A stretch of DNA of 62,531 nucleotides, counting the filler, from Choristocarpus tenellus KU-1152 (Eukaryota; Protista; Phaeophyceae): the NCBI GenBank assembly GCA_964200185.2. It is 9 parts of 9 records of this genome, joined end to end, with 100 filler letters (N's around TTAATTAATTAA, not from the genome) between each part and the next. Parts side by side here need not be neighbours in the genome. Positions count along the whole stretch, not along the records: positions 38,584 to 51,813 come from CAXNAD020001550.1; positions 51,914 to 62,531 come from CAXNAD020002827.1; 7 more parts are not named here. One strand, written 5' to 3'. The stretch's first letter is position 1. Each line of letters opens with the position of its first letter. This document shows, piece after piece, positions 40,803 to 53,895 of this stretch. A model generated the notes under the pieces. It was not told the DNA's origin, did not search any database, and was given only the letters and a program-made list of their open reading frames with translations. A program made the translations under genes and the position numbers.

Positions 40803-43800
40803 ATGGCCAATTTCAATATTAAACAGGCTTCGCTTTACCAGGTCTTCTCTGTTAAATCAGACTTCTCCGTGTGTTGGAAGTTTGTGTGGCACGGCACCAT
40901 CCACAAGGCAAGTAAACATTGGTGGGCATATATCTCCCTATGCTGTTTGATTGCGATTAGATTGGGGAGAGAAACGTTACATATATGGACCTTTGGTGAG
41001 AAGAGAACCGCCTTTTTATGTGACAAAGGTAATGGACAGGCAGATGTGTGGCATCCTCTGTGAGTACCTTGTCGAGGCTGGGAGCTTATGTCCTTTGCGT
41101 TGCCTTTCTGGAATGGACATTATCTTTGAGTAGACATCATGCGATTTATACCGTTTGAGATATGTAGGATATTCTTCAGGTAGACATAGCTGTATACCTA
41201 GTCTTCGTGGCATGGAAGAATGAGTACTCTGAACTAAGCATCATTGTTCATTTCTGAGCCGATCTATAACGCCATGGGCGTGATGCATGTGTGATATATG
41301 CTTTTTGAAGAGAAAAGCATCAATGTAAACAACGTACCAGTGTTAGATGGAAATACATTATTTTCATACTTGATGGTATCAGAACTAAGTCAAACCCAAG
41401 GGGATTTGGGACTCATAGATCCACAAACAAGTATTCATGTGCACCGTGCTACAGCTGGTGACAAGATTTTCTCTATCTTTGCTTGTTGCAGATCAATATC
41501 AATGTGGACTACAAACTCTTCGTAAATTCAACATTTACGGTGACATACGACAATGAAGTTGTGGGTGCCACGAAAGGCAACATCGGCAAGGTCAACGAAA
41601 CCTACTGGACGGATGGTCTTTCTTACATTATTCAGGTTTGTGATTTCCCCACCACCACCATGTTGAGAAGCTTGGCGCACGTAAGGCTCGTCGCCGGAAG
41701 CTAGCAGTTGAATTCCACTGTAAAGCACACACACTGAATTATATTAATTGCCCGTCAACCATCCATCATCACTGACGTGTAAATGATTGTTGACTTATTA
41801 TATTTTATATAGACCCAAAGTATCTGGGAAGGGGGGGGGGGGTCTACACCAGGGTATCCATTTGGACCAAAATCAAGAAAAGTGCATTAACAGTATCCAT
41901 CCGACTTATGCAACCAAATCATCCAAAAATCACGACATGAAAAAATTGACCCCAAATGGACAGACTCCACCCTCCCAGATACTTTGAGCCATACGTACGT
42001 ACTTTGTATGATACCTAATCAATTATAAACGTACGTATAACCTATGATATACACTTGTGTAAGCACAAAGAAAATAAGGATAACACTATGTCATTCGACA
42101 TCCTCCCCTTGCTGAAAACAAGTATTGATACACTCAAACAATCACAACAATAACAAAAAGAATAAAACACACATGCTGTGTCACATGTTCATCAAAAACT
42201 TCACATGTTGTCTAAAAACTCGAACTGGCAAATTCTTGGTCAAGACATCTACCCTCTGGTTTGCAGTACCAACAAAAACAACACAAATCTCTCCTTTTCT
42301 AGACAAATCCCTCAAAAAATGATGTCGGACATCAATGTACTTTGTTCTAGTAGAGCTTGTGGCATTTCGTACTAGTTTGCACGCCAATGTGTGACTTTGG
42401 GATTACTACTGTACTTGGCAACTTCACGAACTGCATTTGCAATGTCAAGCCTAGTCATAACAGATGCCCACATCAAACTATCAACTGCCTCTCTGTATGG
42501 TGTACTTTCATCAACACTTGGAAGATTCTCACTCTTGTCTAGAGTCCTTGAGAGATCATGGGGTACCGACCTCTTCTTTGCCCCATCCATACCAAATCTT
42601 TGACGAACACTCTTTATGTACCTAGTCTGACTGATGGTGACAGTCTGTGCAGTTCTGTCACGTCTCACAACCCATATAATACTCAAGATCACCGTCTTCT
42701 ATGGAAAACTGCTCTTTAATCCTAGAGCGAACCCAAATCAAAACATTCATTTTACCAGCTACCAAAAGATCATCTACGTGGGGGGCTATCACAGCACAAA
42801 CAACACCATTTCTTACATAGCGTAACACACAAGGGTCTGCTCTGCATAGCTCAAAACCGCACTTTTCCAAAACGTGCACCAACAGATTATTATACTCTCT
42901 GCTTGCCTGTTTGGTGCCATAAAATGCCTTGATCAAACGCATCATCTTTCCAGACCATATACCACAACCATCACACAAACGTACAAAAATCTCTTCACTA
43001 ATATCAGCTTGTATGAAAGCTTGTTTTACACCCCAATGCTTTAATTCACAGTTTCTGTCTGCAGCTATAGCTAATACCATTTTCAAAGATGCAGGGGACG
43101 GTGTTGGTGCAAAGCTATCTTGGTAATCTAAACCCTCAATCTGTCGAAAACCTTTTGCTACCAAACGTGCCTTGTATCTAACTACCTCACCAAATTTGTT
43201 AGTCTTACGCTTGTGAATCCATTTATTGTCTATTGCTCTGCATCCAGGGGGTAATACTGCCTCCACCCAAACATTGTTCAACAACAAACAAGACATCTCT
43301 TAAGCTCTAACTCGATCCCATAAATCACATTCAGGAGAGCTACGGGCTGCTCTTATAGTCTTCGGTTCTGGAGGGAGCTCATTGGCTAACACTCTAATAG
43401 AATCTCTCGCACACATCACAAGGGTAGTCTCTATGGAAACAGAGAAACAAGTCATATAAATTGGACATGTCAAAAACAGCAGCTTTGGCGGAAGTAGGAT
43501 GATTGCCTGGTCTGGTGCGGTGGGGAAGGATGTTGTCTTCACCATTTCCAATGCTGAGTCGTCGTAATTCCCTTTCACATTGGCTGTCCTTGGCCTTATC
43601 CACCCCATCATCATCACCATCATTGCTATCCTCAGTCTCCTTCACCTCATTGTCATCATAAATGCTCTCCTCAATCTCCTCCACAAGTTCACCATTATCC
43701 CAGGTGTCTTCAGGTTCATCACCATTTTCTAGTCCACCTTCGATCCAGGTGATTCCATCATCATCATCACATTCACCCCCCATCTCCTGGATTTCTGCAG

Positions 43801-46800
43801 TCCTTCTGCGTGCATGTGGAAGGAGGATGTACCCTGGAGTGTCATCCAAATCTTCTTGATCTCGGTCTAAATCAGAGATTGGAAAACGAACCCTGCCATC
43901 CTTGGTGGGGTGCCAATGTATGTTAGATCTCTGAAGCACACGGTTAATACTGAAGTCTAGTACACGGAAGGTGTCACGGGGTTGATTTTCAGATATACCA
44001 TGATGCACTGCTTCCCACGGCTCCCAAGCTTGTGGCCAGGGATGGACTTGTAGTATCCATGGGTGCCAAAAGCTGGGATACCAGCTAGTGATCCAACTTC
44101 CCCATACAGTGCACAATAGGGGGAGGTTCCCTTATTTGCAACAGTTGAGCTTCTGTTGAGGATGTAGGCCGAGTGATTGTATGCTTCTCCCCACAACCAC
44201 ATTTTATCCCCCAATCCCGCAGAGTAAATGCTGGCCCTGGCACCACTATCCACTTGAGCAATGCGACTTTCGGCAACACCATTATACTGAGGTTCCCCTG
44301 TCCTGGTCATTTCCTGCACCGCACCCATTTCCGTCATCCGTCACCAAGTCCTGGAATTCCTCACTCTGCCACTCACCCCCCAGGTCATGTGGAATGTAGT
44401 GAATTCGCTGTCCACTGGAGAGTACTTCCGCCCTGAACCATCGTCTAAGGGCGTTGCCAGCATTACTCTTCTTCTGAAGCAGTTGTATCCAGGTGAAGCA
44501 AGACGCATCATCGACAATTGCCAGGGTGTACTCAGCCCCCCCGAGATACTTGACTGTCTTGGGTCCTGTAATGTCAATGAAGATGCGAGTGAAGTGTCCC
44601 CTAGCGCGTACACTGGTGAACTTGAGGACGTGATCTTTTATCCTAATCCCTTTTGCGCATCCTACGCACTTCGTTAATGTTAGATTCCCGGACAGTGTGA
44701 TTCCTTGCTCATGTGCTGTTTTTCGAAGGATTTGCTTACCAGCATGGTTGAGAATGCCGTGAAACACGTTGATGTGCATGGGTGTTGAAGAGACAGTTGC
44801 TGCTAAAGGTGCTTCTCCTGAGGGTGGTAACCTTTCGGCGTTAGCTGCGTACATGGATCAATTCCACTTAAAAACGAGTGGATAACCCTCCCCATCATAT
44901 ATGTGGTATGCATCATTAGTCAATTTGATGATCACCTCCTCAGCTCTACTTGCAGAATGAGCTGAAAGAAGGTTAAAAGCTATCTTCGGGACAAGCACAA
45001 CGGATGTCAACGTAACATTCACCCACTCATCATGGCCAACATTGAAATTTAAATCAATTTTGCCGTACCCTACGATGTGACTCCGCAGTAATGTGCCATC
45101 AGTCACAGTCATTTTGTGGCCCCTTGTGGACATGTGGCGAATCCATACATATGAGTCGAGTAATTTGTTACACCGTTGGAGGCACCCGAATTGAAACACC
45201 ACGTTTCGAGAGCATTCAAACTCACCTCGCCATTGTTAGTCATTGCGGCTGACATGATCTTAAATCTACTTCCTGTCCTAGCCAGTTCTTCTTATCCAGC
45301 CTCGAACTTCCTCCATAGCCTAAACGGTTCCTCTCATCCTGCTAGTTCTTCCGCCAACTCGTGCGGAGTCGCCCTCTGGCGATTTGTATTTCCCACCGAC
45401 TTTGGTGGTCCGGCCCTCCTCTGAGGGCAAACAGCTTGCCGATGTCCTTTGCTCCCGCAGCTGCAACACAATCCGTTATGTGTGCAAGGACCTGTGTGTT
45501 TTTCCAGTCCGCACATAGTGCATATTACTTTCGCCTTGGCCAGCCTTCTGGGACGGGATCCTGTCATCCCAGGGTGTATACGATGACCAGTCATACCTTG
45601 GTTGACTCCTCGGTTAACCCTTTTTACGGTCTGGGCGGAAAGAGAGCCCCCTGGCTCCCCGCGATCAGCTGCTTCCCGTTGGAGTGAGAAGTAGCGCGAA
45701 CGAGCAGCTTGTTGTATTGTAGCTCTCGAGCGCTCACTTTTGCTATGGTGCTGGAGATGGCGTTCGGTGATCTGGTAGTCATCATCCAAACAGTCTATCA
45801 TAGCGATTTCTAGGACCTGCTTGAACATCACATGCCCCATCATCGCCATCTGGCCAACCCGGTCCAGCATCATTGTGAAAGTGATTTGGGGATCTGATCC
45901 CTGAGGCATCTTGACCATCATAACTTTCCTTTGGAGTCTGGCTATTTCCCCATCTGACTGAATATGGAAGTGTTCACGTAGTTGTTTCCAGGCTTCTGAA
46001 GGTGAGGCAGCATTCCGGACTATACACCGGTAAATTCCACTGGTGCTCCTCAGCAGGACGTCATAGGCCTTCTTGGCCTTGGTGACTTCGTCTTCATTGA
46101 CATCTTCGTCCTTAATGAATTCGATGTCACCCACTCTGACGGGTTCCCTCATATACTGTAATGACCCATCAATATCTCTCTTCGCCCCCCAAAATGCACG
46201 CGTTGCAGTGAACCAGTCTGCATAATTGTCATCCGAAAGCTAAAGGAGTTTGGTGTGGGTCCCATCTTAGGCCATGAGTGATGTGCTTGCCAATACAAAA
46301 CAAACCAGTCCGGCTGCACCTCCCCTAGCTAGAGTTTTTGTTAGGCGCTTAAGCGTGTTGAGAAGTTTGGCGCACGTAAGGCTCATTGCCGGAAGCTAGC
46401 AGTTGAATTCTATGGTAAACACACACACACTGAATTATATTAATCGCTGACGTGTAAATGAATGTTGATTTATTATATTTTATTTACCTACGTACTTTGT
46501 ATCATACCTAACCAATTATAAACATACGTATAACCTATGATATATACTTGTGTAAGCACAAATAATGTAAGGATAACACTAGGTTATTCGACACATCACG
46601 CTCCTCTCCATCAGGGTGCCCGTGACAGTATCTGTCTCACTCAGACTGCACTTGGCCAGGTGGCACATTTTTGACCCAATTACACTGGGTAATATATTCA
46701 GCATAATTGATGGCGTGCATTCTTGAGCCATTAGTCACCTGAAGAAGGGAAAAACATGAAATAGTTTTGTTCTTCAACAGTTGTGGATGTACATAGCACA

Positions 46801-48518
46801 GAATCAACAATACGATTGATCTCCTCCAAGTATGGCAAGGTGCTTCGATCCTTCCACCTCAGTTATTTCACATCTCATTTTCCACTGTGAGATGCTCATC
46901 GTGCCACCTTGCTCCTGACCTTTCAAACTTCGTAGTACCATTACATCAATGCAAGCTTCAACCTCATGCTTGGCGGTACCCCCTTTGAGGATCTGCCTCA
47001 TGGACTGTGCCAGATATCGAAGGAAAAACAGAGAGAGAACTGCATTCACTGGAGATTCATGTGGCTGGGAACCGTGCACGAGGCAAGCGCATGGGAATAT
47101 CTTCCCTACCTCATCTCTGGGTTGGGGCGGGAATACACAAAGCCATAGTTTGTTATCTGCTCGACTTTGGGTTCAATGCATGGAATTGAACGAGAATATA
47201 CATATATATATATATGTATGTGTGGCAGGTTCTCTATTAAACTATATAGCAAGCGGCTGTTGAAGTATGAGAGTCTTGCTGCTCTTGGAGATTTGATTTG
47301 AGAGTTCTTCCATGATTGTATATTCCTTTCAGAAGTTGCTTTTCTGACAAAAGCAAGTTACTTACGTCACCTTACAATAGTAACATGAATGCTGTAGTGT
47401 GTATTGAAGAAAGGACGTCTGGAAGAATAGTGTGTTTGCAAACCAATGGCGTTGAATATGGATCCAGGAGTAGAGAGATTGGAGAAGTCTAATGAAGTCC
47501 CGTATAGCTGCATTGTTTATGTGCCCGACGTGATATCCTGCATAACTGTAAAGATCTACTACACATATAGTGAGGAGAAACACAGTGATAGAGAATTCAA
47601 AACATCGAGAGCGAAACCCATAAGATCATGAAATCGTAGGCTTATTTTGCAGCTTGCCTCTCTGCATCATCCATAGCTCTAGCATGGAAGTCATGCTCTA
47701 CTCGTACCTTAATGCGTACTCACAGATCAGAGCTGACGCACTGTTCAATTTATTTGGACCGTCGACAACAAAGATAGCATTCGACAGCCAGGAAGTGGGC
47801 ATTATTCACCAGAACCTCAAGCAAATCAACCATGATTATGAGATGGATGGCATCACTTTTAACCTACAGGTTGGTGTCAACCCCTACCGTACTTAGCACC
47901 CCCATCACTTAGTAGTCACGTGCACAAGCTCAACACTCCACCAGGCTAAAAGTATCTGGGGGGGGGGGTGGCGGCTGTTCATTTGGGGTCAATTTTTTCA
48001 TGTCGCAATTCTTGGGTGATTTGGTTGCATGTGTCAGATGGATAATGCAGAAGCACTTTTCCCGATTTTGATCCAAATGGACACCCTGGTTTAGATCTCC
48101 CCCCTCCCTAGATACTTTGGGTCACCATATTTGCGCTTGAGGTGTGCTCTTAATGTGCATATCCTTGCATTCGATCATCTCCAAAAGTACATAACATAAC
48201 TTATGTTGTTGGACTAAACCTGAAACACCTTATCGAACATTATCAAGTTCCCCATATCAGGGAGAGTGCTTCAGTGCTTCAACCTGGGTTGGTTTCTCTC
48301 TATTTGTTCTTCATTTATAAGAAATCCCTTCCCTAACTCGACACTATAACACCCTATGCCCCTCTCTGTGCTCACCACAGTATCAGAGGAGTTGGATGGG
48401 CATGCCCTTCCGTCTCACCGTGAATGACTGTGACTTTGAGACTTTGCCCAAGTGGGAAATCTCAGATCACGTTAAATCTCCCTGTGCTCGTAAACAGCAT
48501 ACTGCCAAAGCCATGTGA
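40803..48518 (+). CDS. Two-repeat beta-rich protein, FAIM-like, 225 aa (exons 40803-40907, 41492-41635, 46936-47082, 47726-47869, 48381-48518)
   Basis: All introns are phase 0. Spliced: MANFNIKQASLYQVFSVKSDFSVCWKFVWHGTIHK/ININVDYKLFVNSTFTVTYDNEVVGATKGNIGKVNETYWTDGLSYIIQ/YHYINASFNLMLGGTPFEDLPHGLCQISKEKQRENCIHWRFMWLGTVHE/IRADALFNLFGPSTTKIAFDSQEVGIIHQNLKQINHDYEMDGITFNLQ/YQRSWMGMPFRLTVNDCDFETLPK...*. The internal duplication W.F.W.GT.H ... F.L....FE.LP supports the gene model; the FAIM assignment is motif inference. Confidence 0.75.
41661..42100 (-). repeat. 3' LTR of the copia element (contains a MITE insertion)
   Basis: Aligns to 46356-46593 once the MITE and a ~20-bp indel are removed. Confidence 0.92.
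41812..41990 (+). mobile_element. MITE subfamily B (~180 bp) with a 3-bp TSD (ATA); PIF/Harbinger-like
   Basis: TIR gacccaaagtatctggga ... tcccagatactttgagcc. The empty site in the other LTR has the length expected for a 3-bp duplication. Confidence 0.88.
46356..46593 (-). repeat. 5' LTR of the copia element
   Basis: tgttgagaag...ttattcgaca. Confidence 0.92.
47944..48123 (-). mobile_element. MITE subfamily B, inverted copy, in intron 4 of the FAIM-like gene
   Basis: ggctaaaagtatctggg ... ctagatactttgggtc; the interior is the reverse complement of 41812-41990. Confidence 0.85.
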
Positions 48519-51500
48519 GACAACAACTTCTATGTACATATGTAGGGTTGTTTGTTTCTCTTAAATTTATTGTGGCTTCCACCAGAGCCGTCTGGGACTG
48601 CTGCTCTGTACCTGCAGTATTTATGTCGAGGGAAAGAAGGAAATGTCAGACCAGGTAGTGATTCCAGCATGTGTGGTATAAACCTGACAGTCAATACAAG
48701 GGCAGATGGACTACACTCCGTAATAGAGAGTCACACTAGTAAACGTACAGGTACTTCTAACCGTGATTGTGAAAGTGTCGTTACACACCAGTTGGAAACA
48801 ACTGTAATGAACCTTCGTCAATGTAGGCACAGTTCTTGTGCTGTGTGTAATGATAGCTTCTTCAAGCAAGATTTCATGTCATGTCTCGGTTAATGAAATA
48901 AAGTTTTCCACTCGTATTGACGGAATGCTGATGATGAACAGTGAGGTGAAGACTTGGAGATGGACACTACTGAAAGCTATGGGACCGTCTGGGATAAAGC
49001 AGACGCTCAAGTTGAATCGCACTGTCAACAACGAAACAATCCTGAGCCAGTTGGAACGGCGAGAAATTACAATTTCTTCAAAGCTATCATTTGGAATTTT
49101 GGAGGTGAGTGCTTGATTAAGGTGTGCATATGTGTTGAGCTAATCTTAAAACACATGCAACAACTATTGAAGGGCAGAAATGTACACCAACTCGCAGTAA
49201 TTTTGAATGTTGCTACAATTGGTGTAGTGTTTTAGGAGTTTCATCAGGGGACATGCATCCACAGAATGGTATGATTTATGATCAACCTATATTTTCATGG
49301 TGAACCACTAAGTATAAATGTGTTGCCTAGTGAGGGTACTAGAACTCTCTACGATGGTGTTGTATGTTGGTGCTTGCAGGACATGCGAGCAAGCAATACT
49401 TCAATAATTTTGCAGGAACGTTCCGCCACTGATTCCGTTGTACAGGGCACTTGGGGGACTGCTGAACTTATGCTGTACTTTTGGGTGTTGTGTATCTTGT
49501 ACACACCACGCATATATGTGTGCTTTCCTACATTGCCTGGAGTGAACAGTTACGTTATGAAGTTCAGTAAAGGATAATATGTGGTCTAACCAAGAAAGAC
49601 CAGAAACGTTCCCAATAACACGATCAAGTCAACTTGTGTAGTTGTAAGCTGAATCGTAAATAATGTAGTTCTTGCAAGGAGAACAGCATACCCTCTTTTG
49701 GGACATAAAAACAAAAATACATACTAAAAAATCAGTACTGGGACTTATGGTATTTCTTTGATGTCTGACATAATTCACCACGGTAATGTTGATCAAAGTA
49801 TCTCCAGCATTTAGATAGGCTGTGTGCCAAGGAATCCACCATCAAAATCCAACTCCTGACTATAAAACGTGACCAAACAATACTTGATTGAATCCTCCAA
49901 CAGAGACTACTGCGTAGTCTCCGGGTATTTATATTATTACGTTGTATATTTACTTTTTGAAGCTGAAACCTTGGCGAATTATGGTTTGTGAGTGACCTAT
50001 GTAGGACTTTCTATATGTAAGTACATTCAATGAACTGAATAATATTTGGTTTAGAGTTGAGGTTAGTGTCAAACCTGTACAAGGTAGACCTAGAGGAAGA
50101 ACATAGATATTTGAAAGATGCATTGAGTGGCTTGGAAGCTTGTGATTTGAGGAAGTCACTGTAAAGAGTTCAGCTTCTGACGATACAAAATGTTCAGGCA
50201 TTGTCACATTGTTGTCCCCAACTGACACTAGGAGTTCACCACATAGCCTTCAAGGTGATGGTAGTCCATACCACATGCTATATTGTTTATACTGAAGCCT
50301 TGAAAATATATCCATTTTTTGATACGTAAGCCATGCCCCCACGAGTATAGGAACATGCTTGACGTCAAGATATTATTGTAATGGTTGAAGAGATATATTG
50401 GGTGAAACCAACCACCAGCTTGTATCCATTATAATGTTGATATTAGAATGTGCGGATGTGCTTGTCAATTGCTGGAATATAATATCTCCAATAAGCTGAG
50501 GGACGATGCATATTTTGTTTGTGAGGCAAGTAGAGTACCTTGCATGGTACATACAGTACATAAAACAGGAGTATTTCCAGAGAGAAAATATTCTCCGTTT
50601 TTCATATCATCTTGGAGTCCAGTATATACCACAACTTCTATTTGGTGTGATACATACTAGAGCAGTAATTCCTAGGAAACATTTCTTCGGGGGTGTATCG
50701 TACAATAGACACTGTCGTGCTCTTGACTTGTGCAATGCATGCATAGCATTGTTTACATTGTTGTGGGGGTTGATCGAGAGGAAAAGAGGAGTATGAGGTG
50801 TAACAATAAATGGCATGTTACGGTAACTGCCAGTATGTAATCACAGTGATAACCCACCCATATACTGTCAAAATCCTCCCGGAGCAGCTGCCACCCAAAA
50901 TGTGAACAGAAACCTTTCCTACGAATTCTGTGTCAAAAGTAAAATTTCATTCTTATCTCCACTGTATGGTGGGTATTTTGGGACAAAGAAAAGTACAAAT
51001 ACTGTCAGGAGTAAAGGGCATAGATGAGAGGGGCATGAAGGCTAGGGCTGGAGTGTCAATCCCAAATATAACGAACTAAAGAATGTGAATCATTATGAAG
51101 AGAATTAAAAACAAGAATCAACAATAATACGGGTGGAGACACTGCTATGGAATCCAAATAATTGACTACAGGATCTGCCCTGCCGGGTATACCCCGATAT
51201 ATGTGACACAATGTTTGCTCTAGTCAACTCTATCACTCCTAGTGTTAGACCAAACGTGATGAGAAGAATATGTTGTTGCAATTGTGTTTTGTTTATGCTG
51301 TTCCAACAGACCCCCCCATCCCCTCCACCCCCCCATCTATCCAACACCTACCCTGATGCTATTGATGTTCAGTATAATTTGGGCTTGGAGGGAGAATGCA
51401 ACAAGAAGAAAGAGATATCAACCTTCTTTTATAATAGATTGAAGGAAGACGTCAGTGAAGAGATGACTTTCTGTTCAGATCCCGAGCAAGGAATATCCGT

Positions 51501-52019
51501 GTTTGCACTGCAACTGGTACTGGATGATGGAGGGAGGGAGCTCATCGCCGAAACAAGCAGGATTCAAGCCACCACAGGGAATGAGCCCGATATGCCTTCC
51601 TTAGATGTGCTGGCACACTGTCTTGGAGTCCATTCATTAAGAAAGTAGATCCAAATTTTAAACTTTGCAACCCTTTCTGTCACTTGCCCAGGGGTCAAAG
51701 TATCTGGGGTGGGGGTGTGTGTTAAAGAAACTGGTGTTCCTGTTAAAGAAACTGGTGTTCCCAAGACTTGAGTGTGTAAATAACTCGATTATTTCCTCAT
51801 TATGTAGAACAGGNNNNNNNNNNNNNNNNNNNNNNNNNNNNNNNNNNNNNNNNNNNNTTAATTAATTAANNNNNNNNNNNNNNNNNNNNNNNNNNNNNNN
51901 NNNNNNNNNNNNNGGTCGTGTGAGGCTTCACACCTTCTTATCTTCACTACTAACAAATAGCATTACCTCCCAAGGTAATTTGCACAACAACACAAGAGGC
52001 ACTATCTGGACGTGGCATG

Positions 52020-52290
52020 CGTTTTAAGCCGGAGTCACCAGGGAGATGGGCACGGAGGGGTTTGTTGGATTCTTGGGATGCCTCCCTAGCTCCTCATCCT
52101 GGGGTGCAGAAATAAGTAAATTGGAGGCACAGTAAGGCAGTGGTAATATCCAGATAGTGAAAAAACAAATAGATTAGTGCTTCTCACATTTGTGACATAT
52201 TTTTCTTCTTTAGGGCTTATACTGACATGCCAATAGTTTTTATTGGTTTTCCCCCTAATACATCTGTAAAATGTCAGTGGACAGAGTATT
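52020..52290 (+). mobile_element. 3' end of the RLE non-LTR family
   Basis: gagtcaccagggagatgggcacggaggggtttgttggattcttgggatgcctccctagctc... homologous to 9096-9345. Confidence 0.75.
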
Positions 52291-53261
52291 ATATATTACG
52301 AAATGTTATGAAACTTCTCATTTCAAGTTTGAAACAATAGTGAAAAGCATGAAAGCATGATGACCTCAGTAAGACCCTCGGGGCAACACTCAAAGGTATA
52401 ATGATCTCGTAGAGGAATTACCCAATTGAAGCGACCAATACGCATTTGTCCCAGCCAAAAACAAAAAAAATGTGACAAAGGATGCATTCTACAACAAGAA
52501 GACCCAAAATGGTTTGGGTAGCATGGCAGATGCACGCGCTATGTTTGCTAGCATGTCACACCCTTTCGCTGCCCCAGCCGAAACCCCGATTGTTAGGTAG
52601 GAACTAGGACTACGTCACCAGAACTGGACGTCCATGCACGATGAGGTATCAGGTCAAACTTCACTGCCACACCAAGAGGTTGTAAAGAGTGTACTGGCAA
52701 CCGCCGCACCAATGCTTCAAACTGTTCTAACCCAAAACTCATCACCCACTGTATGTGCTGCCCTAAACAAACAACTTTCTTCGGTTCCTGCGAAACACGG
52801 ACCTCGTTCATTCCAAAAAGCAATGCATCAAAACCCGTTCGACCAGTCACATCCGTTCCTCAGCCTGTGCTTCGATCCCCATTTCCTTTAGCTACAGACA
52901 GGGCGAGTGATAGAAGTCAACACCATTAGGGCAAAGACCTACCTCTATCGCTCAATCCAATGGGGAATGTCCAGGGAAGGGTCAAAATAGACGGAAGCCA
53001 ACATGGGCTACGGCAGACTGCTCTTTCGTCACGGGGCGCCCACTAACGCCGCTGAAGATGTTTGAATTTTCCCGTCACCTTCGGGTGGCGTTTCTTGTTC
53101 TTGCATTTTTCTCTTTTTGATAGTGAATTTCATTTTGCGCATGCTGATTTTCGTCATGGATTTTCTTATTGCTGTTGGACAAAACACCATAATGAATTTC
53201 ATTTAGGGCACTATATTATAATACTATATTTTATATATATACATATGATTCTTGTGGTTTT

Positions 53262-53737
53262 AACCTCAACACCTTCCGCATGGAAAGTTTTCGTCGCTGT
53301 AGCAACCAAGTGGAACGTTTCCTGGATGAGTTAGCTGCGTCCACAGTAGGGGGGAGAGGAACTAGAGGATATGGAAGGAATGGGGAGGCCAAATCCCCCC
53401 TACGAGAAATAGTCTCAATAATAACGCAGGTGACCCTGTCTAAACTTGTCGTGCACTTTAAGCTGGAGTCACCAAGGAGATGGGCAAGGAGGGGCTTGTT
53501 TGATTCTTGGCATGCAAGTTCCCTAGCTCCTCACCCTAGGGTGCAGGAGTAGGTAGGTTAGAGACACAGGAACACAGTGGTACAACATATATGGTAGTAA
53601 AATAGCAAATAGATTGATGTTTTTCACATTTGTGACAACTGTTACTTCTTTTGAGATTTTTCTGACATGTGAATAGTTTTCATCAGTGTTTCCTTCCCAT
53701 AACCTATCTCCAAAATATCAAAGGGCAAAATAATAAA
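53262..53737 (+). mobile_element. 3' end of the RLE non-LTR family (longest copy)
   Basis: ESF...VERFLDELAASTVGGRGTRGYGRNGEAKSPLREIVSIITQVTLSKLV plus the shared 3' UTR. Confidence 0.75.
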
Positions 53738-53895
53738 TGTATATATTGTTATCCCTATAGTGGTATACCAGTAGCTTTACCCTCTGGGGTTGTCCCGTCA
53801 TAACCTTTGGTGTAGGCATTGGATTAAAAAAATAAAAGCATATTCGTGATGCCCGTCAAAAGGCCCTCGAGAGTACGGTCTTCGTTTTGTTTCCG

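Larger units (their letters stand above)
41661..46593 (-). mobile_element. Full-length but decayed Ty1/copia LTR retrotransposon inside intron 2 of the FAIM-like gene
   Basis: LTRs TG..CA at 41661-42100 and 46356-46593; target-site duplication cacca/catca; PPT aaggggagga next to the 3' LTR. Order on the - strand: gag (LSDDNYADW; CCSCGSKGHRQAVC zinc knuckle), protease (WCFNSGAS), integrase (HGILNH..C..C, IFIDITGP, IVDDAS, GVAESRI), RT (YKARLVAKGF, YGTKQA, HVDDLL), RNase H (TKYIDVRHHF, DVLTKNL). Many frameshifts. Confidence 0.96.

Noticed and set aside
48900-51648. Isolated exon-like + strand segments (48900-49106, 51300-51648)
   Set aside because: Could not be linked into a gene or assigned to a family.
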